From positions 1 through 64,000 of the IMG/VR virus record IMGVR_UViG_3300029319_000024: a stretch of 64,000 nt of DNA; one strand, 5' to 3'. Of this stretch, positions 49,569 through 60,109 are shown in pieces; position 1 is the stretch's first letter; each line of letters begins with the position of its first letter. The position numbers and the translations under genes are program-made. Below the pieces are notes generated by a model, which saw only the letters and a list, made by a program, of their open reading frames with translations, was not told the origin of the DNA and did no database searches. The DNA comes from an uncultured virus (IMG/VR IMGVR_UViG_3300029319_000024). Lineage: Duplodnaviria > Heunggongvirae > Uroviricota > Caudoviricetes.

Positions 49569-50300
49569 ATGAAACCTATAAAAAAACTTAATGGTCAAAC
49601 TATAGCTATTGTTGGTCTTGGCAAAAGTTGGTTTGATTATAATTTAGCAAAATCACACAGCGTTCACTTTGATGAAGTGTGGGCTATAAATGCGGTAGCA
49701 TCAGTAATATTTCATGATCGTGTATTTGCAATGGATCCACCTAGTAGATTTTTAGATACGCAAGATGCAGGCGGCCAAACAGATTGTATGAAAGAATTAT
49801 TAATCAATCATGATAAGCCAATATATACATGTCAACTTGATGAAAGGTGTAAAAATTTAGTTGAATATCCTATTAAACAAATAGTTAAAGAAACCAACTG
49901 TCATTATTTAAACAACACAGTAGCTTATGCTATAGCTTTTGCATATTGGAACAATGTGGCTAATATAAAATTATTTGGTATGGATTTTTCTTACAAAAAT
50001 AATTTACACTTTGCAGAGTCAGGCAGAGCTTGTGTTGAATTTTGGTTGGCTAAATGTATGGATAAAGGAATACAAGTAGAGGTAGCATCTAGTAGTTCTT
50101 TACTAGATACAAACATACCAGGACAACAAAGATTGTACGGTTATCATCGTTTAAGTGATCCTTATATTCCTGTTGTAGATCAAAAAGGAATTGAATTAAA
50201 AAAACTTAGTGAACTTAAAGTAGAAAAAAAACAGATATTACCTCAAATAGCTGATAGGTATGATAGTCATTTAAAACCACCTGAGCCAAACAAATGGTAG
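49569..50300 (+). CDS. Rossmann-like, possibly glycosyltransferase-related protein
   Basis: IAIVGLGKS, VWAIN, IKLFGMDFSY. Confidence 0.45.
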   Translation: MKPIKKLNGQTIAIVGLGKSWFDYNLAKSHSVHFDEVWAINAVASVIFHDRVFAMDPPSRFLDTQDAGGQTDCMKELLINHDKPIYTCQLDERCKNLVEYPIKQIVKETNCHYLNNTVAYAIAFAYWNNVANIKLFGMDFSYKNNLHFAESGRACVEFWLAKCMDKGIQVEVASSSSLLDTNIPGQQRLYGYHRLSDPYIPVVDQKGIELKKLSELKVEKKQILPQIADRYDSHLKPPEPNKW

Positions 50301-50593
50301 ATGAAATAACACCAGCAGGTATGCCTGGATTAGGGCTTATAGAGGCTAAAACATCTAATTATGGTGGGCATCCTCCTGAGTTTTGGGCAGAGAGATTAAC
50401 AGAAAAAATAGTAAGCACAAGTGACAGTGAGGATCCATATATTAAAGAACAAGCAAGAGCATATAGAGATATGATTTATAAGGTATGTTTGATTTATATA
50501 GAAAATGCGTTAAAATCTTACAAAGCAACTTTGATACAAGATTTATCAGGTCAAGGTAGCGAAGATATAGCAAAAATAATTAAAGGTATTTAA
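50294..50593 (+). CDS. Hypothetical protein
   Basis: GHPPEFWAE; coupled ORF. Confidence 0.55.
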   Translation: MVDEITPAGMPGLGLIEAKTSNYGGHPPEFWAERLTEKIVSTSDSEDPYIKEQARAYRDMIYKVCLIYIENALKSYKATLIQDLSGQGSEDIAKIIKGI

Positions 50594-50594
50594 T

Positions 50595-51020
50595 ATGGCC
50601 ATTACATCAACATTAACTACAAGTTTTAAAACAGAACTATTAACTGCAACACATAATTTTGCAACAAATGGTAACTCTTTTAAACTTGCTTTATATACAA
50701 GCTCTGCCACTATGGGAGCTACTACAACTGCTTATTCAACCTCACAAGAAGCAAGTGGTACTAACTACACAGCAGGTGGTGCTGCACTAACCAATGTCGC
50801 TCCAACAAGCGGTGGTACTACAGGTTTTACTGATTTTGCAGATTTAACTTTTGGTACAGCTACTATTACTGCAAGAGGTTGTTTGATCTATAACGACACC
50901 AATAGTGATAAATCTGTAGCTACGATCGACTTTGGTGGCGATAAAACATCTACAGCAGGTGATTTCACAATAGTTTTTCCAGCAGCAGCAGCAAGCACAG
51001 CTATTATAAGAATAGCTTAA
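50595..51020 (+). CDS. Tail structural protein
   Basis: SFKTELL...FKLALYTS...DFGGDKTSTAGDFTI. Confidence 0.6.
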   Translation: MAITSTLTTSFKTELLTATHNFATNGNSFKLALYTSSATMGATTTAYSTSQEASGTNYTAGGAALTNVAPTSGGTTGFTDFADLTFGTATITARGCLIYNDTNSDKSVATIDFGGDKTSTAGDFTIVFPAAAASTAIIRIA

Positions 51021-51023
51021 CAA

Positions 51024-51782
51024 ATGGCTGGCTGGGGTCGTGCTGGCTGGGGTATTGGCCCTTGGGGTCAACCCGCAGGCGTATCAGTAGATGTAACAGG
51101 TCAATCAGCTACAAGTGCATTAGGCACTATTTCTGTAGTAGCCAAAGCTGACGTTACTCCCTCATCACAAGTTGGCACAACAGCAGTAGGCACACTTACT
51201 TTTGATTGCGAAGCTAATTTAACTTTAACAGGATTATCAGCTACAAGTGCGTTAGGCACAGTATCAATAGTAGCAAAAGCAAATCAAACACTTTCATCTC
51301 AAGTTGGAACAAGTGCATTAGGCACCACATCCACAGTTGCTAAAGCAAACATAGTACCAACAGGACAATCTGCAACATCAGCCATTGGGGGTGTGGGTGT
51401 AAATGGTGATGCTGTTGCTAATGCACCAGGAGCTGTAGGATCTGTCGGTAGTGTTGGTGTAGATGTAGATGGTGAGGCTAATGTTGTTATATCAGGAGTT
51501 TCAGCTACTTCAGCAGTTGGATCAGTAACTGTTCATCATAACGAAATATTTAATGTTGACGGTGTAAGTAGTACAGGTAGCGTAGGATCTGTAACTTTTA
51601 ATGCTAAAGCAAATATAGTCTTAACTGGTGTTGCAGCCACAGGAGAAATTGGTCCGATCCTTGTTTGGGGATTAATAGATGATACACAAACGAAAAATTA
51701 TGCTAATATAAATACAAATCAAAGTTCATCCTTTGCTGAAATTAATGAAACACAAACACCAAATTGGGAAGAGGTAGCATAA
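51024..51782 (+). CDS. Tail fibre-like repeat protein
   Basis: TGQSATSALG repeats; N-terminal GWG motifs. Confidence 0.6.
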   Translation: MAGWGRAGWGIGPWGQPAGVSVDVTGQSATSALGTISVVAKADVTPSSQVGTTAVGTLTFDCEANLTLTGLSATSALGTVSIVAKANQTLSSQVGTSALGTTSTVAKANIVPTGQSATSAIGGVGVNGDAVANAPGAVGSVGSVGVDVDGEANVVISGVSATSAVGSVTVHHNEIFNVDGVSSTGSVGSVTFNAKANIVLTGVAATGEIGPILVWGLIDDTQTKNYANINTNQSSSFAEINETQTPNWEEVA

Positions 51783-51785
51783 AAT

Positions 51786-54290
51786 ATGGCATCAACATAC
51801 GTAAATGATTTAAGACTTGAGGAGATGGCGACTGGAGATCAGTCGGGATCATGGGGAACCACAACCAATACAAACTTAGAATTAATAGCTGAGGCTTTTA
51901 GTTATGGTACAGAAGCAATTACAACTAACGCTGACACTCACACAACAACAATAGCAGATGGAGGCACTGATCCAGGTAGATCAATATATCTTAAATACAC
52001 AGGCACACTTGATTCAGCTTGTACTATTACTATTGGGCCAAATACCGTATCAAAACTTTGGTTTATAGAAAACGCAACATCAGGCTCACAAAATATAATT
52101 ATTTCACAAGGTAGTGGTGCTAATGTAACCATACCCGCAGGTCATGTAAAAGCTATTTATTCAGACGGAGCAGGATCAGGTGCAGCTATGGTTGATGCTT
52201 TTACTGATTTGAATGTAGCAGGTGATTTTTTTGTTGGTGATGATCTAACTCTTTTATCTGACGCATCAGTATTAGGTTTTGGTGCTGATACAGACACTAC
52301 CCTTACACACGTTGCAGATACAGGCATTTTATTAAATAGCACTAGACAATTACAATTTGGTGATTCTGGTACATATATACACCAATCAGCAGATGGAGTA
52401 TTAGATTTAGTTTCTGATACTGAAATAGAAATCAACGCTACCACTATTGATATGAATGGTGCAGCAGATGTATCAGGAGCTTTAACTGCTGGCACAGTTA
52501 ATGGCGTAGGTATTTCATACAATATTACAAACTTTTCACAAAGTTTACTTATCAGTAATGATGCAGGTACAGGCACTTTATCTTCTGCTTCTGATAACAC
52601 AGGTTTAGGTTTTGAAGTATTTGATGATTTAACAAGTGGTGTAGAAAATACAGCAGTTGGTAGTCAAGCTATGGATGCTAACACCACAGGTGGTTACAAC
52701 ACAGCAGTAGGAGCTGGAGCATTAGGAGCTAATACTACAGCAACTTTTAACACAGCCATAGGCAGAAACGCTTTATTAGCTAATACCACAGGTGCTTCAA
52801 ATGTCGCTGTTGGTGGTCAAGCACTAGATGCTAATACGACTGCTTCAAACAATACAGCAGTAGGAACATCTGCTCTTGGTGCAAATACTACAGGAGCATC
52901 AAACGTATCTGTCGGTACTGATTCATTAGCAGCAAACACCACTGCTTCTAACAACACAGCCGTAGGTAAAGATGCTTTAAAAGCAAATACAACAGGCGAC
53001 CAAAATGTAGCTGTCGGTACTTTTGCACTAGATGCTAATACAACAGGCACAAGAGGTACAGCAGTAGGTGTAGAGGCATTGTCAGCTAATACAGAAGGTG
53101 TTAATAATACAGCAATTGGACATACAGCTTTAGCAGTAAATACCGAAGGTGGATATAATGTAGCAGTTGGATATGCGTCCCTAGATGCTAATACCACAGG
53201 AGGTAGTAATACAGCCGTAGGTTATAATACTTTAAGTGCTAATACCACAGCTGATAACAATGTAGCCATTGGGTCTAACTGCTTAAAATTAAATACCACA
53301 GGGCATAGTAATGTTGGTGTCGGAGTAGCTTGTTTAGATGCTAATACAACAGCTATATATAACACCGCAGTAGGCAGAAATGCTTTAGGTGGAGCAACAA
53401 CTGGTGGATATAATACTGCTGTTGGAGGGTCAGCTCTAGTTACTTGTTCTACAGGAGCTAGAAATACAGCAGTTGGTTATGATGCTCTTGATGCAGTTAC
53501 AACAGGCGATGACAATACAGGAATAGGTACGATTGCAGGAGCTGCAATAACCACAGGTTCTGATAATACAATAGTTGGTGCTTATGCAGCAAACCAAATA
53601 ACAACAGGTAGTACTAATACAGCTATGGGGTATGATGCTTTAACTCGTTGTACTACAGGTGGTGGTAACTCTTGTTTTGGTAAAGATGCAGGAGATAATG
53701 TAACTACTGGAGGTCAAAATGTATGTATCGGTCAAGATGCAGGTACTACTATTGCCCAAGGAGATTATAATATCTGTGTAGGTTCAATAGCTGATGTAAG
53801 TAGTGGAACTAATGCAAATAGTATTACAATAGGTCATAACATTACAGCAACAAGTAGTCAATTTGCTTTTGGTAAAGCAAGTAATGTTGTTAGTAATGAT
53901 TTTGATACTAATGCTTCTTGGTCAAGAAGTTCGGATATTAATAAAAAGACTAATATAAAAAATACAGATTTAGGTTTAAATTTTATTAATGAATTAAGAC
54001 CTGTAACATTTAATTGGAAACCTAATAATGAGTTTCCAAAACATTTTAAAGATTATTCTGAAACAGAAAACCATATGGACACAGAAAAAAATATGTATGG
54101 AATGATTGCACAAGATGTAGAAAAGGCATTAGATAAAGTAGGACATAAAAACTTTGGAGGTTGGTCAGAAGAAGAAGATGGCTCACAAAGACTTTCACAA
54201 GAAATGTTTATTTATCCACTTATTAATGCAGTAAAAGAACTTTCTGCACAAGTAGAAGAATTAAAAGCTAAATTAAACCAAGGAGAATAA
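51786..54290 (+). CDS. Tail fibre/receptor-binding protein with C-terminal S74 chaperone
   Basis: Many 14-aa NTTG..NTAVG..AL beta-roll repeats; SDINKKTNI...LRPVTFNWK...GMIAQDV. Confidence 0.85.
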   Translation: MASTYVNDLRLEEMATGDQSGSWGTTTNTNLELIAEAFSYGTEAITTNADTHTTTIADGGTDPGRSIYLKYTGTLDSACTITIGPNTVSKLWFIENATSGSQNIIISQGSGANVTIPAGHVKAIYSDGAGSGAAMVDAFTDLNVAGDFFVGDDLTLLSDASVLGFGADTDTTLTHVADTGILLNSTRQLQFGDSGTYIHQSADGVLDLVSDTEIEINATTIDMNGAADVSGALTAGTVNGVGISYNITNFSQSLLISNDAGTGTLSSASDNTGLGFEVFDDLTSGVENTAVGSQAMDANTTGGYNTAVGAGALGANTTATFNTAIGRNALLANTTGASNVAVGGQALDANTTASNNTAVGTSALGANTTGASNVSVGTDSLAANTTASNNTAVGKDALKANTTGDQNVAVGTFALDANTTGTRGTAVGVEALSANTEGVNNTAIGHTALAVNTEGGYNVAVGYASLDANTTGGSNTAVGYNTLSANTTADNNVAIGSNCLKLNTTGHSNVGVGVACLDANTTAIYNTAVGRNALGGATTGGYNTAVGGSALVTCSTGARNTAVGYDALDAVTTGDDNTGIGTIAGAAITTGSDNTIVGAYAANQITTGSTNTAMGYDALTRCTTGGGNSCFGKDAGDNVTTGGQNVCIGQDAGTTIAQGDYNICVGSIADVSSGTNANSITIGHNITATSSQFAFGKASNVVSNDFDTNASWSRSSDINKKTNIKNTDLGLNFINELRPVTFNWKPNNEFPKHFKDYSETENHMDTEKNMYGMIAQDVEKALDKVGHKNFGGWSEEEDGSQRLSQEMFIYPLINAVKELSAQVEELKAKLNQGE

Positions 54291-54291
54291 T

Positions 54292-54624
54292 ATGGCAGTA
54301 TCAAAAGCGATAGTTGGTTGTACACCTTATGTAAACTCATCTAATAAAGTAGATAAGTGGACTATAGAAATGAAATATGAAAACGATAGTGAGGGTGATA
54401 GCACTTACTATACTCATACTTTTAACACTACAGTTAAACAACTTGATGATGATGGAAATGCTAACTTTACATTAAAAGCTAAAGGTAGTTGGACTAATGC
54501 TAATTTAGTAGCTATATGTCCTGTATCAGAATGGGATGTAGTTTTTGCTAGTCAAGTAGATAGCGTTATTACTAACCCACCAGCAGTAAGCACACCAGAT
54601 AATAATTTTAACGTACCTAGTTAA
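54292..54624 (+). CDS. Hypothetical protein, tail-fibre associated
   Basis: AAGGAG RBS; follows the fibre gene. Confidence 0.55.
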   Translation: MAVSKAIVGCTPYVNSSNKVDKWTIEMKYENDSEGDSTYYTHTFNTTVKQLDDDGNANFTLKAKGSWTNANLVAICPVSEWDVVFASQVDSVITNPPAVSTPDNNFNVPS

Positions 54625-54626
54625 AT

Positions 54627-55334
54627 ATGACTAAAGGAGAGTTTTTGATGCATACTATGCCTGCGGTATATGTGTTAGAAACACAAATGCCACAGCAAAT
54701 GATTGATGATGTTAATGATTATATGGATGAGTATAGAGAAGATAAAAACAAAGAATCATTAGCAAAAACTTTAGTAGGACAAATAGATAAAGGAGAACAA
54801 TTACTGTTAGACCACAATGATAAAAGAATGGTTGAGTATAATAGTTTTATCTGTCAGCTTGGTGCTGAATATATTAATCATTTTAGTAAGTCAGGGAATC
54901 GTCTTAAAGGTGATAAACAAGTTCAAATAGACGAAACTTGGTCAGTGCATAGTTATGACGGTGATTACAATCCTATACATGACCACGGCACTAAAACATT
55001 AATGGGTATATCTACTACAGCTTGGACTAAAGTACCACCGCAAATAGGTGCTAAAGCTAATGCTAATTCTCCAACTTATTCATTGTATAATGAAAGTGGA
55101 CATTCAGACGGCTGTATAGCGTTTCAATACGGACAAGTTTCAGTTATAGACGCAGAAAGATTAAAACCAGCTCAATCATTTGTTATGACTCCAGAAGTAG
55201 GAAAACTATTAGTGTTCCCTTCTTGGTTACAACACATGGTCTATCCCTTCAAAGGTGAAGGCGAAAGACGAACTATCGCATCCAACTTAAATTGTTGGGA
55301 TGTGCAAACAACTACACCTAAGGAGGTGCAATAA
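54627..55334 (+). CDS. 2OG-Fe(II) oxygenase
   Basis: NPIHDH...FPSWLQHMVYP...RRTIASN; true start may be ATG 54648. Confidence 0.85.
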   Translation: MTKGEFLMHTMPAVYVLETQMPQQMIDDVNDYMDEYREDKNKESLAKTLVGQIDKGEQLLLDHNDKRMVEYNSFICQLGAEYINHFSKSGNRLKGDKQVQIDETWSVHSYDGDYNPIHDHGTKTLMGISTTAWTKVPPQIGAKANANSPTYSLYNESGHSDGCIAFQYGQVSVIDAERLKPAQSFVMTPEVGKLLVFPSWLQHMVYPFKGEGERRTIASNLNCWDVQTTTPKEVQ

Positions 55335-55582
55335 TGCAAAAAGAAGAAAACAAAGCTAAAGTCGGTGATAAGGAAATATTAGAATCTGAAATGACAGATA
55401 AACAAAAATATCTGGCAAATCAAATCACTAATTTAAGAAAGAAAAAAGAACAAATACTTTTTGATTTAGACCAAATAGAAGCGGCTTTAACTGTTTTTCA
55501 AAATTCATTTATAGCTTCAACTCAAGAAGAAGCTGAAGAAATTCTCAAAGAAGATAAAGATATTCCAGAGGAGGAAAAATAA
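55334..55582 (+). CDS. Small coiled-coil protein
   Basis: AGGAGG RBS. Confidence 0.55.
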   Translation: MQKEENKAKVGDKEILESEMTDKQKYLANQITNLRKKKEQILFDLDQIEAALTVFQNSFIASTQEEAEEILKEDKDIPEEEK

Positions 55583-55583
55583 A

Positions 55584-55745
55584 ATGATGTGGTTAAATAT
55601 TATTATGTGGATTACTGCTATAATCTCTATAGCTTCAGTAATAGCGGCAATTACACCAACACCTAAAGATAACCATTGGTTTAAACCAATTTATAAAGTT
55701 ATTGACTGGTGTGCTTTAAACATAGGTAAAGCAAAACAAAAATAA
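55584..55745 (+). CDS. Small holin-like membrane peptide (not in ORF track)
   Basis: MMWLNIIMWITAIISIASVIAAITPTPKDN...LNIGKAKQK. Confidence 0.55.
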   Translation: MMWLNIIMWITAIISIASVIAAITPTPKDNHWFKPIYKVIDWCALNIGKAKQK

Positions 55746-55927
55746 TGGCTACGGTAAAAGAAGCTTTAGCAGAACTTAGTGCACACGAAAGAGAGTGTGC
55801 TATTCGCTATGAATATATTGAAAAAAGATTAGACGAAGGTTCTGCTAAATTTAAAAGATTAGAAATGTTATTATGGGGGGTTTATCCATTTATACTGGGC
55901 TCTATAGTTTTCGCTGCTTTTATATAG
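55745..55927 (+). CDS. Small coiled-coil plus TM protein
   Basis: HERECAIRY...C-terminal TM; same architecture as 3774-3989. Confidence 0.55.
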   Translation: MATVKEALAELSAHERECAIRYEYIEKRLDEGSAKFKRLEMLLWGVYPFILGSIVFAAFI

Positions 55928-55936
55928 GAAAAAATA

Positions 55937-57838
55937 ATGCCTTTACAAAAATTTCTTTTTAAACCAGGAATCAATAAAGAAGCTACCGCTTACGCTAATG
56001 AAGGAGGTTGGTTTGATAGTAATTTAGTTCGTTTCCGTAAAGGTCTCCCAGAAAAAATAGGCGGATGGGCTAAAGCTTCTTCAAACAGTTTTAAATCTTC
56101 AGGAAGGTCTTTACACGCTTGGGTTGATTTAGAAGGAACTAAATATTTAGGGTTAGGAACTACTTGGAAAAACTATATATTAGAAGGAAATTCTTATAAT
56201 GATATAACTCCTTTAAGAAGTACTACTAGTGCAGGCGATGTAACATTTTCTGCAACTAATGGAAGTTCTACTATAACAGTAACGGATTCTTCTCATGGTG
56301 CTGTTATAAATGATTTTGTAACATTTAGTGGTGCAGCTACTTTAGGTGGTTTAATAACTGCTGCTGTACTAAATCAAGAATATCAAATAGTTACAGTACC
56401 TAACGCTAATACTTATACTATAACGGCTAAAGATACTGATGGTGCTGAAGTAACCGCTAATTCAAGTGATAGTGGTAACGGTGGTGGGAGTGTCGTCGGT
56501 GCTTATCAAATAAACGTAGGTTTAGATGTTTACGTTCCCTCAACAGGGTGGGGCTCTGATTATTGGGGCTCAGGTACTTGGGGGAGTGTTGCGGCATTAG
56601 AAACAACAAATCAATTACGTTTATGGTCTCAAGATAATTTTGGTGAAGATTTACTTTTTAATGCTAGAGGAGCAGGAATTTATTATTGGGATACTAGTGC
56701 AAAAACATTAGGTACTGATAGAGGTGTTGCTTTATCTGCTATTTCTGGAGCTAATTTAGCACCTACTAAAGCTTTACAAGTTTTAGTCAGTGATGTAGAC
56801 AGACACGTAATTTGTTTAGGAGCAGACCCATTAAATGATGGAGAAACAGCTAGAACAGGTTCAATAGACCCTATGTTTATTGCATGGTCTGACCAAGAAG
56901 ATGCAGCAGAATGGGAACCTAAATCGACAAATACGGCAGGGTCTTTTAGACTTTCTGCAGGGTCTTCTATAGTTGGAGGAGTTAGAGCAAGACAAGAAAC
57001 ATTAATTTGGACAGATACTTCTTTATATTCTATGACTTTTGTAGGACAGCCTTTTACTTTTTCTTTAAACCTAGTTAACGAAGGAGTTGGATTAGTAGGA
57101 CCTAATGCTATGGTCAATACTCCTAAAGGTGTTTTTTGGATGGATAAAAAAGGTTTTTATAACTATTCAGGACAAATACAACAACTATTATGTACTGTAG
57201 ATGAATATGTTTTTACAGATTTAAACCAAACACAAAGTTATCAAATATTCGGTTTTGTTAATAAAGCTTTTAATGAAGTGGGGTGGTTTTATTGTTCAAA
57301 CGATACTACAGTTATAGATAGATATGTCGTATTTAATTATGAAGAACAAGTATGGTCAATAGGTAAATTATCTAGAACATCTTGGATAGACGAAGGTATT
57401 TTTAGTGACCCTAAAGCTACTTATTCTAGTTCTAATACAGGGTATTGTTACAACCACGAAACTGGACATGACGCAGACGAAACAGCTATGACGGATGTTT
57501 ATATAGAGTCTAGTGATTTTGACATAGACCCAGCAGGAGAAGATTTTCAACATATTAGTAGGATTATTCCTGATGTTAAGTTTAACGGAAACGGTAGTGT
57601 GGGAACTGGGGGACAACAAGTAGATATAGTATTAAAGAAAAGAGATTTTCCAGGAGAATCTTTAACTACCGTTGTTACTGGAGCTTGTTATTCTAATACT
57701 TCTAAAATAGATACTCGTCTTAGAGGTCGTCAAGCAGTTATCCGAGTTCAGTCTAATGATGATGATACTGCTAAATTAGGTATGGGTTTTAGATTAGGTG
57801 CAACTCGTTTGGATATTAAACCTGACGGTAAACGTTAA
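55937..57838 (+). CDS. Tail nozzle / stabilisation-like protein, copy B
   Basis: Full-length paralog of 4919-6805 (NLVRFRKGLPEKIGGW, ITAAVLNQEYQI). Confidence 0.6.
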   Translation: MPLQKFLFKPGINKEATAYANEGGWFDSNLVRFRKGLPEKIGGWAKASSNSFKSSGRSLHAWVDLEGTKYLGLGTTWKNYILEGNSYNDITPLRSTTSAGDVTFSATNGSSTITVTDSSHGAVINDFVTFSGAATLGGLITAAVLNQEYQIVTVPNANTYTITAKDTDGAEVTANSSDSGNGGGSVVGAYQINVGLDVYVPSTGWGSDYWGSGTWGSVAALETTNQLRLWSQDNFGEDLLFNARGAGIYYWDTSAKTLGTDRGVALSAISGANLAPTKALQVLVSDVDRHVICLGADPLNDGETARTGSIDPMFIAWSDQEDAAEWEPKSTNTAGSFRLSAGSSIVGGVRARQETLIWTDTSLYSMTFVGQPFTFSLNLVNEGVGLVGPNAMVNTPKGVFWMDKKGFYNYSGQIQQLLCTVDEYVFTDLNQTQSYQIFGFVNKAFNEVGWFYCSNDTTVIDRYVVFNYEEQVWSIGKLSRTSWIDEGIFSDPKATYSSSNTGYCYNHETGHDADETAMTDVYIESSDFDIDPAGEDFQHISRIIPDVKFNGNGSVGTGGQQVDIVLKKRDFPGESLTTVVTGACYSNTSKIDTRLRGRQAVIRVQSNDDDTAKLGMGFRLGATRLDIKPDGKR

Positions 57839-58164
57839 TGGGTAAGTTATTAGAAACTAAACTTCCCGTAGCGATAGGAGAAGTATCTTCTGAAACATTT
57901 AACCGTTTAGTAAGAGTATTAGAATTAAGTTTAAATACTAAAGATATTAATGCAACCTTAAATGTAAATGAAACAGAAAGAAATAAAAATAAATTCAACA
58001 AAGGAGATATTATTTGGAATCTTTCTACAAACCAACTGCAATTATGGACAGGTGATAAATGGGTAGATATATATTCAGGGACCGAAAAGGGAGTTCAGGG
58101 AACAACGGCACTGGGGAACGTAAGCGTTTCAACTGGTGGAGCAACAACAATAACAATAACGTAG
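57838..58164 (+). CDS. Tail-associated protein, copy B
   Basis: Paralog of 6805-7140. Confidence 0.55.
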   Translation: MGKLLETKLPVAIGEVSSETFNRLVRVLELSLNTKDINATLNVNETERNKNKFNKGDIIWNLSTNQLQLWTGDKWVDIYSGTEKGVQGTTALGNVSVSTGGATTITIT

Positions 58165-58175
58165 AGGATATTAAT

Positions 58176-58622
58176 ATGGATATGCAAAAATTACAAGAAG
58201 AATTAACTTTTGATGAAGGCTGTATAGATAAAATATACTTAGACCATTTAGGTTATCCAACTTTTGGTATAGGTCATTTAATATTAGAAACAGACCCTGA
58301 ACACGGACAAGAAGTAGATACTCCTGTTTCTGAAGAAAGAATAACTGAATGTTTTGAAAAAGACATACAAAACGTTATAAATGATTTAGATAGAAACATG
58401 ACATGGTGGAAAGATTTACCAGAAGATTTACAAAGAGTTATGGCGAATATGTGTTTTAATTTAGGTATAACAAGGTTATTAAAGTTTAAAAAGTTTTTGG
58501 CTGCGATGGAAGAACATAACTGGGATAAAGCTGCAGTTGAAATGTTAGATAGTCGTTGGGCTATACAAGTAGGTCCAAGAGCTATAAGATTAAAAGATAG
58601 AGTTTTAAAACAAGGAGAATAA
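58176..58622 (+). CDS. T4-type lysozyme
   Basis: DEGCIDKIYLDHLGYPTFGIGH, NMCFNLG, AAVEMLDSRWAIQVGPRA. Confidence 0.9.
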   Translation: MDMQKLQEELTFDEGCIDKIYLDHLGYPTFGIGHLILETDPEHGQEVDTPVSEERITECFEKDIQNVINDLDRNMTWWKDLPEDLQRVMANMCFNLGITRLLKFKKFLAAMEEHNWDKAAVEMLDSRWAIQVGPRAIRLKDRVLKQGE

Positions 58623-58623
58623 T

Positions 58624-58719
58624 ATGCCAAAAGTAGGAAAGAAAAAATTTTCATACACTAAAAAAGGAAAAGCAGCAGCTAAAGCCTATAAAAAGAAAAT
58701 GAAGAAAAAGAAAAAATAG
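58624..58719 (+). CDS. Tiny Lys-rich peptide (not in ORF track)
   Basis: MPKVGKKKFSYTKKGKAAAKAYKKKMKKKKK; AGGAG upstream. Confidence 0.55.
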   Translation: MPKVGKKKFSYTKKGKAAAKAYKKKMKKKKK

Positions 58720-58728
58720 GAGAATAAA

Positions 58729-58917
58729 ATGTCTGCAAAGAAAAAATCAAGTAGTAAGTATCATACGACTAAAGATGGCAGACGAGCTAAAAAAGGTTTA
58801 TGGTATAATATAAATAAAAAGCGTAAAGAAGGCAGAAAAATGCGTAAGAAAGGAGCCAAAGGAGCACCTACAGCAGCAGCTTTAAAACGTTCTAGAAAAA
58901 CAAGTAAAAAGAAGTAA
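58729..58917 (+). CDS. Small basic protein
   Basis: KKGLWYNINKKRK...KGAPTAAALK; AGGAG RBS. Confidence 0.65.
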   Translation: MSAKKKSSSKYHTTKDGRRAKKGLWYNINKKRKEGRKMRKKGAKGAPTAAALKRSRKTSKKK

Positions 58918-59183
58918 TGCCTAGAAAAAAGAAAAAGTCTATAAGACGTACTACAAAAGGAAAAGGAGCTAATTACCGACCTACTAAAAAAGGTGCAGGC
59001 ATGACCAAAAAAGGTGTTGCTGCGTATCGTAAGAAAAATCCTGGAAGTAAATTAAAAACAGCTGTCACTGGTAAAGTTAAAAAAGGAAGTAAAGCTGCAA
59101 AAAGAAGAAAGTCTTTTTGTGCTAGGTCTAAGGGTTGGAAGGGTGAAAGAGGTAAAGCAGCTCGTAGAAGGTGGAAGTGTTAA
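58917..59183 (+). CDS. Small highly basic protein, copy B
   Basis: Paralog of 46112-46414. Confidence 0.7.
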   Translation: MPRKKKKSIRRTTKGKGANYRPTKKGAGMTKKGVAAYRKKNPGSKLKTAVTGKVKKGSKAAKRRKSFCARSKGWKGERGKAARRRWKC

Positions 59184-59564
59184 ATGGCTAAAGCACCAGA
59201 TTCATTCGTATATAACGCAACACTAGAACGTATAGTTGATGGCGATACATTTGATTGCACTTTAGATTTAGGCTTTGATGTAAAGTTACATAAACAACGT
59301 GTTAGATTAGCAGGTATAGATACTCCTGAAAGTAGAACTAGAGATTTAGCAGAAAAGAAATTAGGACTTGCTGCTAAAGAAAGACTTAAAGAATTATGTA
59401 TTGGTAAAATACAAGTCAAATCTTTAGGCAAAGGTAAATATGGTAGAATACTTGGTATTCCGTATACAGAAGACGGCAGAGATATCTGTGATGTTTTAAT
59501 AAAAGAAGGTCATGCTGTTGAATATCATGGAGGGAAAAAGGTTAAAGTTTGGGGTGATTATTAA
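59184..59564 (+). CDS. Thermonuclease (SNase-like)
   Basis: IVDGDT, RVRLAGIDTPE, GKYGRILG. Confidence 0.9.
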   Translation: MAKAPDSFVYNATLERIVDGDTFDCTLDLGFDVKLHKQRVRLAGIDTPESRTRDLAEKKLGLAAKERLKELCIGKIQVKSLGKGKYGRILGIPYTEDGRDICDVLIKEGHAVEYHGGKKVKVWGDY

Positions 59565-59919
59565 TGGAATCAGCCGTTACTTTAATTCAAGAAGTTGGAT
59601 TTCCTATTGCAGCCGCACTTGGTCTTGGTTGGTTTATTNNNNNNNNNNGCTTATCATGCGTATTGTGGATGGCATGGAGCAAAAACTAGATGTAGTTGAT
59701 GAAAAAGTAGCTGGTCAAATACAAGCTATTGAAGAAAGATTAGGCACAAAACTTGACTCCCAACACGGAATACTAGTAGCATTAATTGATAGGGTACGTA
59801 GTTTAGATAACGAAATTATAAGACAAGATACTTTAATTAAGACTATTCTTGGCGTACCTAATTTAATAGATAGTAATAAAATCGCTAAGGCTGATAGAAA
59901 TGACCAAAGGATTGATTAA
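59564..59919 (+). CDS. Membrane-anchored coiled-coil protein (interrupted by an N gap)
   Basis: ATG 59564 gives MESAVTLIQEVGFPIAAALGLGWFI; the frame after the gap gives ...LIDRVRSLDNEIIRQD. Confidence 0.55.
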
Positions 59920-60101
59920 TGAAAGTTTTTGCTACAAGATTTGAACACGACGGTAATATATACGATGGACCTTTTATTTATGCAAGAACTTTAGAAGAAG
60001 CAGAAATGGAAGCTATAGTACATGGTGTAAGGATTGTAGGTCAAGTAGAAATAGTTATAAAAGCAGAAGAAGATATAGGAGAAGACAGAGTTTTACATTA
60101 G
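59919..60101 (+). CDS. Hypothetical protein
   Basis: Coupled 60 aa ORF. Confidence 0.5.
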   Translation: MKVFATRFEHDGNIYDGPFIYARTLEEAEMEAIVHGVRIVGQVEIVIKAEEDIGEDRVLH

Positions 60102-60109
60102 AGGCTGTT

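Noticed and set aside
52600..53800. Diversity-generating retroelement acting on the tail fibre repeats
   Set aside because: No reverse transcriptase and no adenine-specific TR/VR pair seen; these are ordinary beta-roll coding repeats.
59512..59650. Programmed frameshift or pseudogene in ORF 59512-59919
   Set aside because: The frame change coincides with the N gap at 59639-59648; the true start is probably 59564.
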